The notes under the pieces: model-generated
What the model saw: the letters and a program-made list of their open reading frames with translations, nothing else
The model's database searches: none
Told to the model about the DNA's origin: nothing
NCBI GenBank assembly: GCA_050084515.1
Contig: CM114271.1
Coordinates: 19,840,001-19,904,000 of the forward strand
Direction: 5' to 3'
Source of the DNA: Blasia pusilla
Taxonomy: Eukaryota
DNA: 64,000 nucleotides
In this document: positions 37,440 through 49,350 of the stretch, one piece after another
Layout: each line of letters begins with the position of its first letter
How positions within the stretch are numbered: the first letter of the stretch is position 1
Translations under genes and position numbers: made by a program

Positions 37440-40400
37440 CTATGAACTTTCGTTTCTGGTGTCAATTTGATGAAGCTTCCTGTCCAAAAGACGTGAAAGC
37501 TCCTGCAGCCCTGTCTTAGTTAGTACGGAGGTTGCTACGCAAGACACCCCTGCGCGTACCCACTCTATGCCAAGTAACTCGGTAATGCTATCAGCCTGTG
37601 CATCACTGTTACTGACTTCCGTCACATGAGTTGGTTTGGCGTGACCAGGAGCTTCGAAACCGCTGCCCTCATAACTCACTGATGTTGGAGAGAGAACCCT
37701 GCTGACGTCGACTCGCTCCTCCAGATGGTCCTCTGCACCAGTAATCTCAAAATCCGTTTGCACCAAATCTATCTGCACACCCATCCCCCAGCACCACACA
37801 TGAAGTCCCATGCTAAAGAGTTACAAGACCTGGACGCTAGGACTCCAGGGCTAGTACAGATATGGGGACTTACAACCTCTTAGTGTATTCACTCGCTACA
37901 CAACTGTTGCTAATCGTGGTGCGATCGGTAGACTTTTGAAGATTGTACACTGCCGGCGCCAGCACAGAGCTTCCTTAAACTTGCTACCTCACATTCCGAT
38001 AGAGGAAATCAGATTATGCAAAGCTAGTAAACAATTTCAGGTTCACCCATCATAGCCGACGGTCTAGCTGGTTTAAGAAATGAGAAAACCATAGGACCAG
38101 GCAATACCATCCTACATTAGAATTTGATACTCTACTTAGTGATTTGGCCTACTGTTTACGCAAGGATAGTAAGTACCTTGTTCCAAACTTCAATCAAACA
38201 GTTTTCCATTTTGTGTTTGGAAACGCCAATCTTCTGTAGCACCTCTAAGACTGACTCCTTCTGCTCGCTTGCATTTGGAGCACTGCTGTCAATCACATGC
38301 TGCAGATCAGAACGATAGGCTTGTCAAGCATCAGTTGGGTAGATGGGATGGTTCATCTTATGTCCGAGACAACTCCTTACACTATCCATAGAGGAAACTA
38401 ATGTGTAACACACATAGTAAGAGTCATTCAAAATGCATAGCACCCCACGGTAAATCAAAATTCTCTATTTTCTCGAGTCTCGGAAAGGACCAGCAATTCT
38501 ATCTCTCTTTCTACTTGACAATCAGGGACAACCGTTTGGGTTGTTGGAGGCGGGTTAGTGGACGGATCTCGATACTTAAAAGAGAAAACAGAATGGAATA
38601 GCAGAGACTTGAAAGTAGACAGAAACCATCCACGTCTTCACGTCGACTCACACCAATGGAGCTACCCCTGCTCAATTAATTAAGAATGAGAGAATTGATA
38701 GAGAGACTGAGAAACTGCTGTGGTGTTAAAACGGTGGAAGACGAGCAAAATTAAGGAAACTGACCAAAAGATAGTCTGCTTCCACCACCTCATCCAAAGT
38801 TGCCTGGAATGCTTCTACCAGCTGCAATCAACATCAAGCAACAAGGTTAACTCACAACTTTTAGATCCACCCTCCGACAGCATTTTCAAGTTCAGGCAGC
38901 CTAAATGCTCTGTTGGTGGATGCATTGAAAATTTTCACCAGTCCTATGTCTTCAGTCTTCACACTTACCTGTATTGGCAAATCTGAGATGAACCCCACCG
39001 TATCACTCAAAATGATCTTTTGCCTGCAAATCCAGCTCCATGAATCAATGTACTAGACCTCTCTGACACCACTCCCGTGGTCATCAGGTACACAAGCTGA
39101 TAGACAAGCTAGAGCCCCAAGCCCTCCGTTAAAAAGGACTCTGCTCTTCCAGTGGGACAATAGTTCATATCTGAAGGAAAACATTGAACTGACCGCACCA
39201 CCATAACACTACAAGCAATACGGCACCTCTCTTCTAATTTGGGCTATAATGTATACCGTCGACACAAGATGAATAGTCCAACACACGTATCTTGCTGGAG
39301 TCTTCCACAACTAATTATTATGATGTCGACTGTCACACTCCCCATTACAGTTTGCACCCGTATTCCTAATATTGAGAGAATATGAAAGAAATTTCATTCC
39401 GGAACAGCAAGGCCTGGGTGACACCTCACCAAAAGCTTGCTGGATGAGGTGTCATAACTAAAAGATTACAAGTGGCAAATTTGAGCACTGTACCCTGAAG
39501 GAAGGACAACTCTCCTGGAACGCGAATCAAGAGTTGCAAACAGCCTGCAACAACACAGGAGTTCTCAAGATTCCATAAGGTAGCTCGAAGCATTTAGGCT
39601 AGTCAGGACTTCTTGACAAAAGGATTACCTCCAAAACTGGACACCATTAGAGTCATTTGTCATCTATAAGTTTCGAGCCAAAGAACACAAAAGAGTAGAA
39701 CAGCTCATAAAGACAGACTGACAAAGCGATTAAGAGACCATGGTCCTTTTCAAGCTTTCAAGACAACCTTCCAATATCCTGGTCCGGTCCCAGACTTATG
39801 ATATTGTTATTACACGTCGATGGTTTCAACAAGTCAAAAGTATAAATAACTGTACATCAGCTGAGTTTCCTGATGCGAAAAAAAAGGCCCAGGAATCAGC
39901 TCATAGAAGCACGCTTCTGCTGAAGAGTAAAACTCTCCCCTAGCTACGAAGTTAAGGAGGTCCCTTACTTATCATCAATATAAATGTCACTCCGTGAAAG
40001 AGCTGCAACAAGTGAAGACTTTCCCTGATCCAGCAGATCGATTCAATTGTCAACATTTTGCACCTAAAATGGGAGACTTTGCATTGACATAGAGGGCGTT
40101 GTTTTCAGCAAGCAGTCAGTAACTCACAGGCCACCCTCAGTTATTCATACAATTACAACTTCAGAAGAAATCAAATTTACAAAAATCTTACATTCTACTG
40201 TTAAAGCAGACACATATCCTACCGTGTTCGTGTACCCCACAACTGCCACAACGGGGAGGCGGGACCCTTGACCTGATGTAGTTACACTTTGTCTCTTTCT
40301 GGCTGCTCGATGCAGTGTCTGGGTACGCTCAACTTCAGCCAACATCATCTTGAGGCGATGTTTCCTTGTCCCAACCCTGTTGAGAGGGACGGAATGTGAA

Positions 40401-43400
40401 CTGATTTATCCTTATCCGAAATTGGACCATGGGGTAAGATATATAAAAAGAACAATCACTGCACGCAAATAAAAATCTCACTCATCTTTGGGTACTTTCC
40501 AAGACAAACCCACCAGGTGACCATCGATTTTCATTGAAAGATGGCCTCACTCATCGCAATCCTTATTGCATTAAGTAAGACAGACATCTCACCGTCTCCG
40601 CTGCAGCTGAATTTCTGTTTCTCCAGCACCACCAATAGCTCCTGACGCCCGCCTGAATCATGACCATACTGAACATCACCAATGGAGATGCGCAACCACA
40701 TCAAACGATAGTTTCCTTAAACTTTGGCCCAAATCCTTGCAGGAACACTCTTAGCTCCTCAGAGACCCAATAGGTGAAACTGCTCGCTAAATGGTTCATG
40801 GTGATTTGAGGATGACGTCAACTGAATCTACAAAAGTATAACATTCTGGATTCGTGTGAGAGGCACACTGCCACTAGCATATCTAAAACTGCAAAGCAAT
40901 GCTAAGATAATAATATCATCTCCATATCTTGCTCATGAGTTTCTCCACATGCCCAAGTTTCTTTAAGAACATGTCTCATGCATTGTGCTACAGACTTCAG
41001 TGACTTAATTACTACATTGGAACATCTCTACAAAAAGAAATTGAGTTGTGATGAACCCACGAGGACTCAGCTGGAGATGTACCCGCGAGCACTGACGACC
41101 TCTGACTCACATCCAGCACCAAAACCCAGTCGTGCACCGCGCTTACCCCGGGACCGTACCAACCGGGATTTCTTGTAGTTCAAAGACGCCAATTCTACCT
41201 GCAGAATAGTTAGATGCAAACTGAGTACAGTAATGAAATACTCGGATACTCCGTGACATTGACAAACTATAACTGGATCCCACCAATATCAGGATCTCTG
41301 GGAAACAGATAGATCAGGCTGCCCTTCGTGTATCCGCTAAGCTATGAGAACAACACAAAACAAGCAAGTGGCACAAAATACCACTAGTTACCTGAGCCCT
41401 TTACCACTGGACTGCACTAAACCAGTCCAGCAGGAGCACAGTTGACTTCAGAGGCGCCCCTTAGATCAGTAACAAGGCTATGTGATGAGTTGTGCAAGCT
41501 TAAACTTCGACAAACACAGCATCAGTGAGAACTTTCAACCTGGAGTCTGGCTGCCTTTGTTTGTGCATGTGCTCCAAATATTTCTATGATGAGACCCACT
41601 CTATCCAGCACGGGTCTTCCCCATGCCTCCTGCACAAAACCATCATTGATTACTAACCATAACCAACATGGCGAATGCTCTTCCTTCTTGTAAGGACTCA
41701 AAATCCAGAATGCCAACAACTGTAGGCCAAGATGCAACACTGGGTGTGGTAAATAAAATTCAACAGTTTTCACAGAGGATTCTTTTGCATGACTTCATTG
41801 TTAGATTTCCCTCTAGTGGGATTTAACTTTAACACTATTGTAAAAGGATTTCAAAATCCCATATCACCAACCATCAAAGAAATACTCATAAATTTCCAAA
41901 TAAATGACCTATACAAAGATTACAAGACTCTTTTAAAACTACCAAACCCATCATCTGGGCTGGTTGTACGACAGTTCAATCGATAATTAACTCATCTCAG
42001 ACCAAAGGTCAGGTTACTCAATACATGCTCTTGTGTTCAGGTAGAAAATATGACATATTTTGGAGTGTATCCAACTTAGGATGGTATGGGTCATATCCCC
42101 ACTTCGAGGCATAGTTTGAAGGCCTCAATGGAGATATGCATACTCTTGTGGTGAGTGTGTTACCAGACAAAGGGCTAAGCCTGGGAAAAAGCTTGGACAC
42201 TCCACAATTGATTGATGCAACACACAGATCTTGCAAAAGTAAATTCACCTCTAGATTTCGTTGCTGAACACCTGAAAGTGGAGCATTGACAAACACCGCA
42301 TCAAGCTTGCCCTGTTCACCAACCAAGACGGAGAGTGAAAAGGAGTCTGATTGCATATATTCCGCTATCTGAAATGTAAAAGAAATTGTTTCTTGAAGAA
42401 AATCAAGTTTGGCATAATCGACATTGTAAAGGTCAAAGCTTATATCATTTAGAATTTTGTTTAGTTATCCATCAAGAAATTAACGTAATCATCCTTATCC
42501 CCCACTTGCGTGACGGAAAGAATAAATAAATAAATGGCGAAGGTAGCCGTAATGAATTAACTGCAGTCATCCCTCTGTCATGACTCATTCGTCTTCACCA
42601 TGTGCATCTTATCCTCTCTAACACTTTCGGACCTAAGACTAACTTTAAACTTAGGAACTGGTTTTCACGTGCCAGAGAGACCTAGGTATGAGGGAAGAAT
42701 GATCGTAGTTAGTGGCATTCCTCTCGCAAGCGTTTACCAATCATCATAACCTGCTCTTAAACAACAGTACTCACAAAGCAATTCGTCCCATCTCTAATTT
42801 GTTTCCCATGCCCTTGTTGACTGGCAACATGTGCTGTGGGTGAAAGGATGGAAGGCCATTAAGATGTCCCTTCCATTCGCACATCCACGACACAAGGAAT
42901 TTTAGCCTGCTCGTTACAGAGAGAATTGACTGCAGAGTCGAGTAACACAGCTTTATTTGACAAATCTATGTTTCCTGATATGTGAGCGAAGCCTCGTCCT
43001 ACCCATTCCCAAACTGTTTCAGAGAGAGGTCTGCATTACAGCCATCAAAGAAGTCATCTGCTGCTGCGCGATTGGTTGGCATCGCAGTGCCAATACCACA
43101 TCTCGCAGTGCTTCGTGCAGATGACAGATACATCGTAGGCATATCTGCAGAGCCTTACCTCCCTGCATCCCAGCTTTGGAGCACTCCTCTTGCCCCATGA
43201 GTTGCAAGCAGTGCTGATTTTTTTAACTCAGAAAAGAAGAAGGTGGAACGAATGAACAGATTTCTCGTCCAGAGGGGACCCGACAGGGCCATAGAACTTG
43301 AAATTAAAACATTTGCAGTACTTAGGGAGAAGAGCTGGTAGTGGTGTGATGTAGGTAGCCTGCCTGTGAAGCAGCAGCATTTACATGAGCAAGAACAATT

Positions 43401-44383
43401 TCGATGGTGCCCATTCCAAAATATGCCCCTGCTTATCCTTCAAGGGATACGACGACGCTGTCAGGAACCGTGTTCGTATTTAAAGAGTTGTACAGTGAGA
43501 ATCGTGTGGCCAGTAGACAATATACAAAGAGTGAAGAAGGTGATCGCAGACGTAACAATAAAATGAATTTACATTCAAGGCCAACGACAACTCAAACCCA
43601 AACGCACCGGTTCACAAGCCAGGATTCTGTTCCTGTAAAAACTATTATTGGAACTCCACAGTCCTCTAACACAACTTTGATTTCTCTTAAGTTTAAGACG
43701 TATCACAAACTCCTTCATTTTTTAATGGTCCGCTGGGACCATTGTGAGACTACTCTGTGAACATCACGTTCCACTCTCAAAATCAGAATTTGACGGAGAG
43801 GGGGATCACAGCTATGGGACTGATTCTTGCCTGCTTGCATCCGATTTGCAGAGCCTTTACGTGAGGATTTGTTGGAAGGGTTTCGAACCACGACATATGG
43901 CGGCAGCTCTTTCCGATGTTTATGTCTGCTGTCCGTATTCCTCGAGTCCTTTAACGAGTCAACGAGACGCAATGCCTCCAAAAGCTTGGCCTTAAGAGCA
44001 GGGAGTGGATGAATTCGCGGCTGCACGACTAGCAATCGAGGGGTCGCACCAGTATCATTCCAAATCACGCCAGAGTACAAGGCTGGTGCAGAGGTCCGTA
44101 GTCCTCTCACTGACAATGATAGAGCATTTACAGAATTCTCCGAGGCAGAGGACAGGTACTGGCGTTCGAATGCCCCAAATACCACTCCTCCTCCTCGGCA
44201 AGCATCCACGATACACACGTTGATGGCATCCTTTACACCTATGTTTCCTACCTTTCCCCTTACGCAGTGCTGCAAAGATGGAGGTTCCCAAGCATTGAAA
44301 CCGGAGGTTGCCTCCAAGAAATAGCGGAACGGCCCCCTAGAAATTGAGCCTAACCATTGACGCCTCCACATTCCTGGTCCCAT
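37440..44383 (-). CDS. HFLX: HflX-family GTP-binding protein, probably organelle-targeted, about 591 aa. Exons 44383-43831, 43428-43364, 42311-42249, 41629-41540, 41198-41083, 40652-40593, 40376-40223, 40024-39969, 39544-39494, 39023-38969, 38821-38765, 38299-38177, 37772-37440
   Basis: The spliced product contains AYFGMGTIE, LSGVQQRNLE, DRVGLIIEIFGAHAQTKAARLQVELA, GAGETEIQLQRR, G1 VGYTNTGKSS, G2 LFATLD, G3 SDTVGF and G4 VWNKID. Exon phases are consistent, and the Arg/Ser-containing N-terminus looks like a presequence. Confidence 0.92.
41690..42110. mobile_element. Fragments of a Helentron/Helitron2-like Rep gene within HflX intron 3
   Basis: The + strand peptide SLLDFPLVGFN...LPNPSSGLV aligns to SLLDSPLIQFN...LPELSSGLV at about 53290-53470. 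The - strand peptide GYDPYHPKLDTLQNMSYFLPEHK aligns to SYDPYHPELNMLQDVAYSLLVHK at about 53540-53610. Confidence 0.75.
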
Positions 44384-44829
44384 TCGCGTGATCCAGGTCG
44401 GGCACTGCTCCCTGACACTCCGAGCTGAATTTGAAATTCAAACCGGATCCCTCGACATTTCCATCGCAGCCTAGCTCATGATAAGAATCCGGAACACTGA
44501 AACGCAGATCAAACGACGACGACGGCGACCATTCTATTTGCCCGCGCAGATGAATTGTGGAACCAGAGGCAGATTTGCTTCTTCTCAGATCGTGAAATCC
44601 ACCGCAGAAGTTGGTTAATTCGTCACCATTTCAAACGACGCTACGACCTCAATTAAAACGGGAAAAAACGAAAACACAGCAAATCTGGAAGACCATCGTT
44701 CTTTCGGTGATTCCTTTTCGCACGGGGAAGTTACCCGTCCCATTAATCTATTAATGATTTTTTCTTTAGGGTTTTTTCTTTCCAGTTTCCACATGTCAAT
44801 AGGTTAAAAAAAAATGTGTCAATAACAGT

Positions 44830-47800
44830 TTTTTAGAATTAAGCTTAAATTTTCAAATTTTAGGTACAATTTTTAAGTAAAAAAATTCACCTTTAAATAA
44901 CATCCATCTCCCCTAAATAATTTCAATCCTAAAAACTCAAACTATAACTATTCTTCCCCTTCAATTCTTCCCAAAAAAAATAACATTCACTAACCAAAAT
45001 CTTAGCTAATTCTAATTAATGAAATGATTTTTCTTTTCCATTCAGATTCTTTTTCCTTTCACAAAATATCATATGTGAATTAATATGATTATTTTTAAAA
45101 ATTATCATGTTATTTATTTCAAATTTTAAATATGATTACTAGACATGTTATGTGGCACCCTCTCGACCACCCATCACCCACTAGATGCAGATCCACACAA
45201 CATACAACGCAATCCTACATCAACTACTGTTAAGTTTGGATCAAGTTTGCCGTCAATGCTAGGAAGGTGACATGACGCGTTGTTACCCACATGATCCTTT
45301 CAAATCATACCATCCTGTCTCTTCAATCAGAGAACACCAATTAGCAAGATATCACACACTCTCAAGATGGTGCGCCCTATAGTCACATCCAACAATATGG
45401 GTATTATATGCCGCAAGTGGACATAGTCTCCCCAATGAAACCTCCTTATCATTGGTCGATAACCACCTCCCCGAATAGTCACATACCTCTAAATATCCCA
45501 ATGTTGTGCAATCGTCACCTGTATCTAGATAAATGGCCGTAGGTAAATCAGGCTCTTGGCCATAACGCGATAAGTATAGTGAAGAAGACACTAAGGATGC
45601 ATACAACACAACATGTATCACATTGCCAACTGTAGATCCTTATCTCCTATGTGACCTCTCTGCAAGCCATACTTGTGTTAAGCTCTCTTCACCGTGTATA
45701 CAACTTTTGTCGCTGATCCATCCGCCTCAAGATCATCTCGCTAAGTAATATGGTGGTCAATTAGCGCTTGATCACACAAAGCCTAAAATTCCCTGCGAAA
45801 CTCCGTCCCTTGGTTTGTCAATACCTCAGCTGATGCACCATAATAACTCAATACTCGATCTAGAAAGGTATATACTACTCCCTTAATCACTTTGTCAGCC
45901 AATGCAACCAACTCTATTGACTTCAAGAAGTGCTCAACCATTACCAACACATAAGGACTATAACGCTCGGTCAAAGATGAAGGTCCTGCAAAATCCAAAC
46001 TCCATCTATAACCTAAATCCATAATCAACAATAAATGCAATTCTAGACTCGGAGCATTGAATGATGTCCAAACTCGATCACACATCATGCATCTGTTAAC
46101 AAACTGCTAAACGAGAGTTTGCATGCCTTGCTACCAAACCGTACCTAGAACAAGTTGTACATCACCTTCACTCAATGGTGATCCAACTCCTCATGGGCAT
46201 GTTGCACCAAACCTACTCTCTATGAAGGATGAGACACTACGTGTACTCTTCTATCCTCCCATACTCGTAACACATGCATCCCCTCCCACCGAAACCCTCT
46301 GGCTTGTTGTAGGATACGGTCCCGCTCTCTAGCACCTACTGTGCTCGCAATGTTGCTAGTACGCATCTATTCTAGGACTACCCCATCGTCATAGATATCC
46401 TAACCACATGTTGCCTCCTCACCAGCTTCTAGATCCAATGACCCTCCATCGGACCTCGCCATTGAAGTCCCAACACTTCAACTCTCCATATCCAACAAAC
46501 CCAAATAGGCCATCGTGTGTCATCCCAACACCATCTCTTCATCACTCTCCCATACCAACGAGCTCTAGTCGCATCTCCCTTACTCAAACAGGGGTTACGG
46601 CTCAACCCATCTGCATCCTAGTTGAGCATCTTAAGTCGATATACCACTTGAAAGTCATATTCATGCAAACAATATAGCCCACCTCGCAAGCTTCCCTCTA
46701 AGCTTGTAAGACTCCATCAACCACCTAAGTGGTTGATGATCAATAATAGTGGTAAAAAAGTTGCCCAATATATAACACTTGAAATGTGCGACAACCTACA
46801 CTACAACCAAGCACTCACCCTCATACGAGTTATACTTCATCTCTTCAACATTGTTTGAGCAACTAGTGTTAACCACCATAAACTTTCTACTATCCTCATC
46901 ATGTTGGATGAGCAATGCTCCAAGACCCAACATACTCCAATCTGTATGCAATTTGAAAGGACATCCCTTAATATGTCTCTTGAGTATGGGCATGGACGTT
47001 AATCGATCCTTGAGCAGTTGACAAGTTTTTTCTTGCTCATCCCCCTAGTACCACTCATGATCCACCTTGGTTGGCAAGATTAATGGCTTTGCAATCAAAT
47101 TGAAACCTTTGATGTATTGTCAATAGAATTTTGCCAATCCCATGAATACACGAACCCGACTTACATGTGTAGGGCTTGGAATGTGTGAGATAGCCTCTAC
47201 CTTCGTTTGTCGAACATCAAGGCCACTTGGGTATATCGTAAGACCCAAATACTCAATCTGATCGTAAAAGAACTTGCACTTGCCTGGATGTAGCTTCATC
47301 CCACGTAATTGCAATCGTTGAAAAACTTCCTTCACATATTGCTCATTCTCCTCAACCATGGCACTAAAGATTACGATGTCATCAATGTAACACTTCGCAA
47401 AATCCAAATTTGCCAAGATCCTATCCTTATCATTTTTAAATATGGTTCCATTTTTAAGAATGGTCTTTATATAATAAGTAACCATTATTCTTTGAGTTTT
47501 CAAATAGATGAAATTGCTAAGTGTTCTATGGAACTTAGTAACTCTTGTTATTTCCGTACCATAAACATTTGCAAAATCCTCTATGATATGCGCAAATAGA
47601 GGATTTTTAGTTAGTGTGTCCATGCTTACGCACAAAAATATTTTTTAGTAATTTAAAAATATCTCTCATTTAAAAATTTAGGTATAATTTCTAATTTCTT
47701 AAATATTAAAATAGTAAATAATTTTCATTTTCAAAATAATTATAATCCTAAATTCAAATTCAAATAACACCCAACTTCCCTAAATATTTTCAATCCTCCG

Positions 47801-48330
47801 TAAATGTTTAAACAATACCTACGCTTCCTACTAAAATAACATCCACTTACTAAATTATTATTTAATTTTAATGAATATAATCATTTCCCTTTTCCATTTA
47901 CATTAATTTTCCTTTCCTAAAAAATCAAATTTTAACTAATATAATTGTTTTTAAAAATTTCAATTTCAATTTCAAATACAATTTATATATTTTTAAATCT
48001 TAGAACAATAATTATATTTCACTCTTCTAAGTAATTCCACTCTTAGATTAAAATTAAATGATACCCCAATCCCCTAGATAATTCCACCCTTCCATAAACT
48101 TTAAAAAATATTTACCCCTTCTCCATGAAAATTCATTTTCCCTTCCCATCAAACATGAATTAAGGGACAAATTTGTAAAATTTTTGATTTTTTTTTAGAA
48201 TTTTCAAATAATTTTGGCTTATTCTACATTCAGAACACCAATTATAATTTCAATGAATTAAATTATTATTTATCAATTAATAAAAAAATTTTCTTCTTCC
48301 TATTCAAATTCATTTTCTCTACCCATCTAA
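44830..48330. repeat. AT-rich duplicated blocks (44830-45130, 47660-47990, 47990-48330) flanking the gypsy remnant
   Basis: Shared blocks are aaattt(t)aggta.aattt, aaataaca.cc..ct.ccctaaata.tttcaatcct and tttcc.tttccatt. Confidence 0.55.
45150..47420 (-). mobile_element. Ty3/gypsy LTR-retrotransposon pol remnant (RT, RNase H, integrase), truncated and decayed
   Basis: RT motifs are AKCYIDDIVIFS and KLHPGKCKFF. RNase H motifs are FKLHTDWS and YNSYEGECL. Integrase motifs are RWSLDFAGP and VLTNQGTEF. The RT-RH-INT order is diagnostic of gypsy. Confidence 0.88.
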
Positions 48331-48349
48331 TATGAATTAGGGAAAAATT

Positions 48350-49350
48350 TCAAAGATGTTCCTATTTTGTTTTATTATCCCATTATTTTGTTTTATTGTC
48401 CACATAGGGTAGCCCACTATAATATAGATGAAGACTTGACATTCATTAGAGATTGGATGCACTATGTCTTGTACCTATGGTTACACATTCTACACTCATA
48501 GAAAATAGAACTAACAGTTCTAAAACAAATGACATGTATGCTATTATTTGAGGAGCATTTCCCAAATGGCCACAATTTGAGAGTTCACTAGGTGACTTTT
48601 TAAACTTAGGAATTTATGACACTTGACGTCTATTTCTATCATATGAAATAGTTTCTTAATAAACTACTTTTAGGAACCGGGGCATGTATAAAACATATAT
48701 GTGTACTTAAATTAAAATTCATGACCGTACGATGCACTGTCCCTCACAGGTCCTAACTAGTACAATGTAATGCAATGATGAATATGGATTTGGCAAAGGA
48801 CAATTTTAAGGTAAATTACAAAAAAATATTTAAAGATGTAATTATTTATTTTTTTAGAATTAATTTAATCCATTCTATCAAGGAAGGATAACTACGTAAC
48901 ATGCAAACACATTCATTCTTTACACACTAGTTAGGACCTGTAATGACCTATAATTATACATATATTCTATATATGTGATCAAGTTCCTAAAAGTATTTTA
49001 TTAAATATATATTTTGTATAATAGATATAGATGCTCATCCTCATACATTTCCAATGGTAAACTCTTACCCATTTGAGAAAGGCTACTCCAATAATCTATA
49101 TAATTAAAAGAGGATGGGGTTTGAGGAAACCCTCCTCCCATATTAACACATGTATTTTATGCTCTTCCCCAATGTTGACACGTGTTATATTTAACAGATG
49201 TTTTAAGAAGTAACCTAACTAATGTCTTTTCTCACTATGATTTTCACACGTACATAGCATCCCGAATTATGCTAGTAGTATATATGGTAATACATTTGTA
49301 GTGTTAAACTCTCACCCATTTGAGAAAGACTACTCAAATCGTATTATGGA
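48350..49350. mobile_element. Cluster of non-autonomous Helitron termini and mini-elements
   Basis: A minus-strand 5' end A|TCTATATTATAGTGGGC at 48428 resembles the one at 36204. A + strand 3' end ...CAGGTCCTAACTAG|T is at 48760, with an inverted copy ending at 48927. A candidate mini-element runs from A|TCTATATAATT (49095) to CTAG|T (49275). Confidence 0.6.
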
